Source of the DNA: Ginkgo biloba
Lineage: Eukaryota; Plantae; Ginkgophyta
Length of the DNA: 18,407 bases
Direction of reading: 5' to 3'
Assembly: GCA_024626585.2 (NCBI GenBank)
Contig: JANKJI020000001.1
Coordinates: 7,508,602 to 7,527,008 of the forward strand
Program-made: the position numbers and the translations under genes
Shown here: positions 10,609-18,407 of the stretch, in pieces
How positions within the stretch are numbered: position 1 is the stretch's first letter
Layout: every line of letters starts with the position of its first letter
The notes under the pieces: generated by a model
Database searches by the model: none
The model's input: the letters and a program-made list of their open reading frames with translations, nothing else
What the model was told of the DNA's origin: nothing

Positions 10609-10857
10609 AGGTAAGAAAATATGAATCAAATTTTTTACTTAACTTACTTTGATTTCTCTAGAAGTGGGAAGAGCCCCTAAACCCACTTTATAGTTGTAAC
10701 CAAGTATATGTCATGAATAATGCAATTGAGGCCACCGGCAACAAATTCACGTGAAGTTTGTATACCACTATAGAGCAGATATGCCAAACTTGCCAACATC
10801 ACATTTTTTTCATGAATCGGCAGCAAGCCTAACTGGGTTCATAGGTGCGAACAAGGC

Positions 10858-11135
10858 TAGAGCTTCGGCATTTTGAAAATTTGGGTTCAAAGGTGCAGAT
10901 GTCGCCATTTTTTTGGTAGGGGTTGGAGGTATAATTTCAGATTTTTCTCCAATGGCACTCTGCCTTTAATGAACAGAAATCAGAATTTAAAAAGGTCTGA
11001 AATTTTTCTCCTTGAAAGTTTGAAGTCTGGAAATAAGCCTGTAACAATGAAATTGAAATATGAAAAAGAAAGGCTACCATGGTTTGCCGGTTCACGGGTG
11101 CAGGCTCAGGTTGAGAACCAGGTTATCCTAATAAC
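10858..11135. mobile_element. Possible decayed hAT-like MITE in the NRL intron
   Basis: AAGGTGCAGATGTCGCCATTTTTTGGTAGGGGTT resembles the reverse complement of 155-188 (AAGGTGCGGGTGCGGCATTTTTGGAAAGGGGGTT). It starts TAGAGCTTC versus TAGAGTTAC, and GGTTCA/GGTGCA-type repeats occur near 11080-11125. Confidence 0.3.
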
Positions 11136-11488
11136 AAGTATGCAACTCTTCCCATTCTGGATGATGTGGTCACAGCGCTTGATAGGGAATTCATTATGAG
11201 GGGTGAGCATTTATANNNNNNNNNNTTTTGACGATTAATTCATCAGTCTTTCCAACAGAAAATTTATACAGAAATCCTTGTAAATTCTGGTAATTTGCGT
11301 TTGTATGTATAGCATGTTCTTGTAAGCCAGTAATTTTCTCATTTAACTATTCATCAATCATTCTTACAACAAAAATAATACAGGAAAAATGTTGTAATAT
11401 ATAAGAATTCAAGTTATGCATTTCTTAACGCCACTCGAGTATGTTTAGTATTTATTGGTACAGAATGCATTAAGAAAAAATAAAATAC

Positions 11489-11547
11489 CAGGCCTGTCCT
11501 TGGCGTTGGAAGCTGTCAACCTTGGATCCCACTTTCACACAAGCCAT
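11489..11547 (-). CDS. First coding exon of an NPH3/RPT2-like (NRL) BTB/POZ protein, At1g30440-like
   Basis: ATG at 11547 gives MACVKVGSKVDSFQRQGQA(W), close to the remembered N-terminus MACMKLGSKSDAFQRQGQAW. The Trp codon is split TG|G by a phase-2 GT donor (CCTG|GTATTT at 11488), as expected for this family. No stops. Confidence 0.85.
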
Positions 11548-11572
11548 CTTGTCTGTTCCTCAATAATGAGTT

Positions 11573-11611
11573 TTACTGGGCCGCTGTCAAAGTCACCAGC
11601 AATAAATCCAT
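11573..11611 (-). promoter_or_regulatory. Candidate uORF (MDLLLVTLTAAQ*) ending 25 nt before the NRL ATG
   Basis: ATG at 11611, TAA at 11575-11573. Whether it lies in the mRNA is unproven. Confidence 0.35.
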
Positions 11612-13323
11612 TTCTTCACAATGTACCTTCCAAATAGTACTCCAAAGGACTCAAGTCCACTACCATAATATTGCAGCATGAGAAAAAGCCTTCTAGAAGA
11701 ACAGCAATGAATTCCACCATGCCAAGAGAATGCATAGAATAATCTTTGGATCCAAGATTTCTTTTGTTCCTTTGTAGAATTCAACTAAGGTGCCACCATT
11801 TCCTCCCCTAAGTCTATAAGAGTGAGCAATTCTTGAGGCTAATACAATATTTTCAATATGTTGATCTAAGAAATATGAGCCTAGGTGCCATACCCTTTCA
11901 CCATCTATTCTAGAAAATCTAGTATTTTACTCAACACTATGTTAGTGAGACATTGTACTACCCTCACTTGTTCCAACATCTTCTTGATATATGCATTATG
12001 TAATTTATTTTCCTAGCAAGTTCATAACTTAGGAAATTTAAACAAAAACCATTTCATTTTTTAGCCATTCCCCTTAAGATTGATACAAAAACAAGAAACT
12101 AGCCCAATCGTAATAATCACATTGGTTCCATTTGGTTTCTAAATTTTTGACCAACCCCATTATGTGGGAAATGAGCTTGGCAAAACCTACTAAGTAGTTT
12201 GTGCACCAAACTTGGTTACTGGCTTGGCAAAGTTTTCCTAGTATTTTTTTCCCTTCTCCATGGAAACAAAAGTAGAGGCAATAAGATATGAAGTAGGTGA
12301 ATGAAAAAATAACCAAGAAGTACCTAGTAATAATTATTTCTCCATCAACCCCTTGAAATAAATTTTGAAAATAATGAGATATTTAAGATCCTCTAAGAGT
12401 CATTTTAAAATGCAGATAAAGAGACATTAAATTATTTCCAACTCACTTTGATGTAAGAAATAAGGTTCCACATTTTTTGAGGTGGGGAAAACCCTAAAAT
12501 AATAAATTTTCAACTATTTTTCTATGGTCATGCTTGCCACCATTTGAACTGCAAACCATAGTTTATTGTTTTAAGAAATAATTCATAAATTTGGCTACAA
12601 AATATATTTTTTCTAAAAATTCTCAATTTTAGCATTAAAAATCAAAAGTTTTTCACCTACTATTTGATCNNNNNNNNNNGTGACTATAACTAATTGACAT
12701 GTTATTTCTTAATAGAGCATATGTATATTTGAATATACAAATATTGTTTGCATATTCATCACCTTAGATTTGATAACTTATAAGTAATACAAGGATTTAG
12801 TCATGTATCATTCTTGCTAACATAATAGTCCCATTTATAAATTTTAATGACTTTCTGTATCCCTTCTAATATGTTATTTTGAATCTACATACTTTTAATT
12901 ATCCTATTATATGGTTTATAATCTANNNNNNNNNNNNNNNNNNNNNNNNNNNNNNNNNNNNNNNNNNNNNNNNNNNNNNNNNNNNNNNNNNNNNNNNNNN
13001 NNNNNNNNNNNNNNNNNNNNNNNNNTTTATAATTGAAGAAATTTCCTCCATGCAAGCCCATGATCTTTTCATAGCTTTCTTTATCATATCCACAATGTCT
13101 GATCAACCTCCTTCACTATCCAGAATACTAGAATGCTACTTGTTGTGTCATTGGTTCTTTCTTTTTCTTCACTCTTACAATTATCGCTTTACAACTGAAG
13201 ACAATCTTTCTAGTAAGCGAAGATTTAAAACTAGGTCATTAATGCAGAGTGCTTCGCATTTAGTTCACACTCCACATGATATTGCTTTGTACGATACTTT
13301 CCTTAAAGTGAAACACATGTCAA

Positions 13324-13373
13324 TCTCCTGGCTACCTTCATTTAAACCTCTCTTGGTTACCTTCATTTAAACC
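13324..13373 (+). repeat. 25-bp tandem duplication
   Basis: TCTCCTGGCTACCTTCATTTAAACC / TCTCTTGGTTACCTTCATTTAAACC (23/25 identical, both differences C/T). Confidence 0.9.
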
Positions 13374-14475
13374 TTGTAGTATTTTTAGTTCTTTGATTTC
13401 AGGTTTCGGGCCTTTAGGCCATGTATGTGTTAGCAAAGGAGTGAATTTCCATGTCACATACCTAAAAGTTTGATTTATTTGAGGCTCAATAACTCACTTA
13501 TCAAATTTAAGGAGTTCTCTTTTTGGATCCACAATTGTCAAGGAATTTACACTTTGCTTAAGCCTTCATTGAATACGAAATCCAAATTTTAACTCCGACT
13601 TCATGAACCTTTAATGAATGTGGACATATAATTTGGTTGGGTCTATGAGTTTACGATCCCTTATCCACTTTGACATTAGAGAGGCTCTTGATATTTGAAC
13701 TCTGATAATCATCATATACCCCTTTACGGACATGACATCTATACTAAATGGGTTTACTTTATGCATTCAGGTCCGCGAGATTTCTTCAAACGTCCATGGT
13801 TCCATAACTGATTGTAATCATTTTGACTTTGAGTTTTCCAAACTTTGAGCCCTGATACTTCTCCCAAATTACCAATATGAGTAAGGCTTTATGAAAATGT
13901 ATTTTCTACTCAGGTTTGAGAATTATCCTTTTAAAATTGCATCTTCTTGAGGATGGAACATCAAAGGCAATCAATCATGAGCTTCATGCAATGCTCCAAC
14001 ATTTTCAACTCGCAACAATCAAAGCATGGTATTAGTGTGATTTTGGATAATTCAATGAGTCTTAGATGTGAAAGTCAATTCTTCATTCAAAACTTAAGGA
14101 TTCAAGTCTTCTAGTTGCATTGGTGCGTCTCGTCTTGGTCAAATTGGAACCTTGTTTGACCTTTGCTTTGGGTGATATATATTTCAAATTTCATTTGATC
14201 TTATAGTAACTATTTCCAGAAAAATGAGACCCCATTTATGGGTCAATGTGTCTATACATTAGACATGTTATTTAATAATCATTGTAGTAATATAAAAAGA
14301 AACAAAAATGAATACATTTGAATGAATGTGTTATACGTAGAAATGTTAATGAATATATTATATATTACGTAAATACATAGGATTAAAACATTAGAAAAAT
14401 AATACCATATCCTTGTAAATTATTAAAATATTATAAGAAAAACATTTTGTAAAGAATATCTAAATAGTCTAACCA

Positions 14476-15569
14476 ATGTTGGTTGTTGTCCAATGCAGAT
14501 GCCTAATTCAAAATGCAACACATTATGCAATGCATCGTAGGGCAATAGAATAGATGAATGCTGTGCATAAATTCAGAATATAAGACAACAAACACATGCA
14601 CAATATATGAGATGAATAAAACAAGAAACTCAAGATCAATTAGAATAAGCATTGACATGAATCCTACCATCGAAGGTGTGGATGAATTATAAGTGAAAAT
14701 TATCCAACCTATAGTCTCATGGATATACTTAGAAACACTTAAAAAATTACATTAAATATCCAAAAAGAAATAGAAGATGCAATGCCTACTCCTTCTGACA
14801 AAGATATGATCAAAGAATAAAGAACTCCTATTATTAATACACATCCTAAAAATATTGGAAACGATCGGAAGAAAGATTCCTCTATGCGTGATAATGAACT
14901 TGCATTGATAAATAATGACATTGCAATACAACTACAAAGACATCATGAACAAGCCGTGCTTAAATGACCATGGGATTCCAATGAATGCGAATAAGTAGAG
15001 TTATTTAAATGTAGATTTTTTGCTACGATATTAAATAATGTAAAAAACACCAATAATTTTCTTGTTGAAATCTTTTAACAATTTGTATATTCTATAAGTT
15101 AAGATGAATCTTTTTTAAATTGTCATGCAAGAACTCTGCTATGAAGTGCTTTGTAGACTACTCCTAAGTCTATTCCTTGATATGTAAGTGATACAAGTGA
15201 CAAAATTTTAAATCCTATATTAAACGAACCCATTAATCAATGCCCATCTTCTAGTACATTAAGCTCAATTACATTTCCATCAATGAAAAACATTACCATG
15301 GACTAAAGAAATATAATGAATAATCAATTCTCTAATTAATACATTTTCCAAAATTCAATTTTCACTCAGTCTAATACACTTCAATTGTTTGAAGTACATC
15401 ACACTAAAATACAACAAAAAATGCTAAGTGTAGTGTCAAATCGAACCCATAGAAATTGACCATTGTTAGTGCTTAACCACATACAAAGTATGTACATTAT
15501 TCATAGTGCTTCCCATGGTTAGATTTGTGTAGAATTTCTTCAAGAGAAACTCTTCATATAAGTGACATA
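14476..15569 (+). mobile_element. Probable decayed low-complexity N-terminal part of the Helitron RepHel gene
   Basis: Broken frames such as IRQQTHAQYMR*IKQETQDQLE*ALT*I and NIQKEIEDAMPTPSDKDMIKE* lie on the same strand, directly upstream of the RepHel domains. Confidence 0.4.
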
Positions 15570-15602
15570 NNNNNNNNNNNNNNNNNNNNNNNNNNNNNNN
15601 NN

Positions 15603-17141
15603 ATGAACTTACCATTGCACAGATGTGTTTTATTTATCATGAGTCATACATTAGCATGAAAGTTTTACAAACACCTGAGAAAGCCAAGTGTGCTTATTGT
15701 AAAGCTAAGAAAGGTGGGAATCAATTCTCAATCTAGAATAATGTGGACTACTGAGAATAACTATATATCTTAGAAATTTTGATGCAAGAAGAAGAAATGT
15801 TAATTGCTTGATTCAGGGCCATACTTTAAGTGTCTCATGCTCCTGGGGGACAATTAGTTTCCCCCAAGAAATTACTAATATTGCAACATCATTGCCATGA
15901 CACATTGAAAACTTAGATATATTGATTATTTGAAGAAAAGGATAATAAGGAAAAAAATATGAGTATATCATGAAATAGTCCCAAGTATTTAATGCACTCT
16001 ATTATAAAGTACATTATGATAAATACAATGTTGGTGTGGAAATTAATGGAGATGAAGTGAAGGTGCTCTATGAATGTACAATGGATATCTCTGATTGACT
16101 TCTAATGGTTGTAATAGATATTAAAGATGTGATGCATATATATGATGAAAATATTGATGGTTCTTATGATTAAAATATGCGTGTGTTCCAACATCCAACA
16201 TATTTTGCATTGAGATGACCAAACACATTACACAAATTAGAGAAGATCAAAGTATGGTTTCATAATCTAGAGGGAAAACTAAGGGACATTGTTGATTGGC
16301 CAAACTTGGTTCTATCTCTTGTGAATGAATATAACACCAAAGGTCTCTTTGATATGGAATTCCCAACATTATTCCCAATAAGTGAGGGTGAGTGGACTTA
16401 ACCAAGAACTTGAAGAGTTAATTTTTATGAATATTCTAAGTGTTTAATAAAATATCATGACCATTGCTTTACAAAAAAATAACAATTAAAATATTTCATA
16501 ATGAACATGGTTATGTGCCACCGGTATTAAGGAATGATAATGGTTTTTGTTAAGAGGAATTCTAAGGAATTATTTCCTTCCATGATTGATGACCCATGGC
16601 ATCAGTTTAAAAAATATATATATGCTCATATGGCTAAAAAAGTGATTTGNNNNNNNNNNNNNNNNNNNATATTGGAGAAAGTGTTGATGCAAACTAATAT
16701 ATATGATCCATAAAATAATATTCCCAATAATTTTCTTCACATTGAGTGTTAAAGATATACAATTTCCCAAACTATATAAGATTATGCTCAGTACTCCTCT
16801 TGATGATGCCACAACAATAAGAATATGGCATTGTAATAATGTGATTCAATGTTTATATATTATCACAAGATGCATGCATCTCTTCCANNNNNNNNNNNNN
16901 NNNNNNNNNNNNNNAAGTCCTTACCAAATTACGTGGAGCAATAGATTTATGGAGTAGGTATGACTACTTATCATTTTTATTGTATATTTTTAACTCCATG
17001 ATGAATTATACTTGATTTATTTTATATGTAAAAATATTCAAAGTCGTGATTTAATTTGTGTAATGTTTTATTTTATTATATGAAGATATGAATGGTAACA
17101 TAGAGGATCTCCACATGTTCATGGATTCCTTTGGTTACATG
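15603..17141 (+). mobile_element. Helitron RepHel pseudogene (DUF6570-like, Helitron_like_N, HUH Rep motif)
   Basis: KCAYCK..GGNQFSI*NNVD...LMQEEEMLIA*..ILxVSHAPGGQ/SFPQEITNIATSLP*HIENLDILII*RK (DUF6570-like). Then VDWPNL..VNEYNTKGLFDMEFPTLFP...KYHDHCF...KYFIMNM, then YWRKC*..MIHKI..PIIFFTLSVKDIQFPKL (Rep motif 1). After an intron, RYEW*HRGSPHVHGFLWL (HUH motif). Confidence 0.92.
16958..17085 (+). other. 128-nt spliceosomal intron in the Helitron Rep domain
   Basis: AG|GTATGA...T-rich...TGAAG|A. Removing it joins EVLTKLRGAIDLWS-R-YEW*HRGSPHVH in frame (phase 2). Confidence 0.75.
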
Positions 17142-17241
17142 NNNNNNNNNNNNNNNNNNNNNNNNNNNNNNNNNNNNNNNNNNNNNNNNNNNNNNNNNNN
17201 NNNNNNNNNNNNNNNNNNNNNNNNNNNNNNNNNNNNNNNNN

Positions 17242-17911
17242 AGAGGGGAGGAATTGATGTGCCTTAGAGAGCTAGCACATGGTTCTATGGAGTCAATCTC
17301 ATTAAGGGGCTATGACCAAAGGGAACTTATTAGAGAGTTTTTTACCATTCTAGGGTTTTCTCTTACTAGCATCTCTTTCTTTTATTAGCTTAGGGCTAAT
17401 TGTGGATAATAGATGTGCAAGGGCATGCTATTAATTAAGTCATGCTTATTATTGCATTAATCTATTATTTATGAGATTAACATAGATTAGTAGAAGTTTG
17501 TATGGCATCTTCTTAATTAGAATCTAACTATAATTGTATGAGGCTTCTTATATAAAAGAACCTTTGGGTCAATGTTGTCACACTTGTGGTCTTTGTAACT
17601 TTGGTTATTGGATTTTTGGTTCTTAGAACTATTCGTGTTCTTTGATTCCATAATCATGTAATTATAATCTCTTGCTACCAAGTTTTGAGACTTGTGTGTA
17701 GCCTATTATGGAATTAATAAAAAGCTTTATTTATTGTCCAATATTTTCTTATGAGGCTTGAGACTTGAATATTTGTTTATAATCTTAATGAAAGAGGGTA
17801 CATTAATCTTGTAGACCAATCTGAAAATTGCATATAGGATCCTTTTGGATGTTGTGTAGGTATTGGTGGCTTCAACAAGTATGTGTGGAGGAATATTTTG
17901 GGTTGCGTACA
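17242..17911 (+). mobile_element. Polypurine tract and 3' LTR of an LTR retrotransposon
   Basis: AGAGGGGAGGAA (17242-17253) is followed by TGATGTGCC at 17255. TATATAAAAG near 17549. The LTR ends ...GGTTGCGTACA at 17911 with no PBS after it. Confidence 0.6.
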
Positions 17912-18034
17912 AAGGCGTGATGATTTTTGGGTCACTATTTAATTTTTAGAATCCCACATAACACATCGTGTTTGTGTGGCACACGCACATGGTATCGCGT
18001 TATCGCACGCTAAAGGAGTGCACATTTCCATTGT
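17912..18034 (+). mobile_element. Degenerate Helitron-type 3' terminus
   Basis: GC hairpin GCACGCTAAAGGAGTGC (18005-18021), an 8-nt spacer, then ATTG|T where CTAG|T is expected. AAGGCGTG at 17912-17919 looks like a second copy of the right arm of the hairpin. Confidence 0.45.
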
Positions 18035-18256
18035 ATTAGACTAATACACACAGAATTATACAGTATTTCAAAGACTGTCCGTATAGAGGGCATAAAGACC
18101 ATATAGAAGGACATAAGGCTAGATTTCCATCAACAGAAGAGAGTACAAACAATTATAGCATTTGATTACCTCCTTGGTTTAAATCCAAATCAAACCAATT
18201 GAAGGTCTACGCAATTGAAGGTTATTCCTTCACCCTCCTACAGAGCGGGTACATCA
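18035..18256 (+). mobile_element. 3' portion of another LTR inserted in the Helitron Rep gene
   Basis: Ends ...GAGCGGGTACATCA, an LTR-type terminus, exactly where the Rep reading frame resumes. No PBS follows. Confidence 0.5.
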
Positions 18257-18407
18257 TGAGATGCTCATTAAAGATATATACAAGTGCATTGCAGTATAAT
18301 TGATGATCCTTGATTTCTAGATACAAATCAAATATTTCAAATGGATGTACATAAATATTATAAGGAATTAGTGAATTGTATTCAACGACATACAAAATGT
18401 AGTGAAG
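18257..18407 (+). mobile_element. Continuation of the Helitron Rep domain
   Basis: *DAH*RYIQVHCSIIDDP*FLDTNQIFQMDVHKYYKELVNCIQRHTKCSE matches the Rep segment after the HUH motif (DY..L.N.VQRH..C). It runs off the window end. Confidence 0.8.

Larger units (their letters stand above)
1790..17241. other. Assembly gaps: 100-N joins at 1790-1889, 2982-3081, 5807-5906, 8716-8815, 12926-13025, 17142-17241, plus nine shorter gaps (10-78 N)
   Basis: Directly visible N runs. The fixed 100-N length indicates gaps of unknown size. Confidence 0.95.

Noticed and set aside
13026-14220. ORF 12879-13370 and possible coding content
   Set aside because: The ORF spans a 100-N gap and no recognisable domain was found in the frames examined. 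It is probably non-coding TE sequence and is left unassigned.
14228-14266. Two small hairpins as the Helitron 5' end
   Set aside because: The stems are short and imperfect, and no diagnostic terminus was identified.

Overview
AT-rich eukaryotic DNA from a repeat-dense land-plant genome. A gymnosperm source is plausible, but this is inferred only from TE style and decay. The assembly is fragmented: six 100-N joins plus nine shorter gaps. Most of the window is decayed, nested transposable elements. These include a Ty3/gypsy element on the minus strand (5' LTR, tRNA-iMet PBS, gag, RT-RNase H) interrupted by other LTR elements, and a probable LINE fragment. There is also a heavily mutated Helitron RepHel gene (DUF6570-like region, Helitron_like_N, HUH motif) that carries an intron and resumes after a stack of nested insertions. 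The only clear host-gene signal is the first coding exon of an NPH3/RPT2-like (NRL) BTB/POZ gene at 11489-11547 (-); its canonical exon 2 is not visible. A decayed, apparently spliced gene ending in an EAR motif (DLNLPPPLED*) lies at 508-1185 (-). No intact full-length CDS, rRNA, tRNA or CRISPR array was found. All family assignments come from manual translation and remembered consensus motifs, not database searches.
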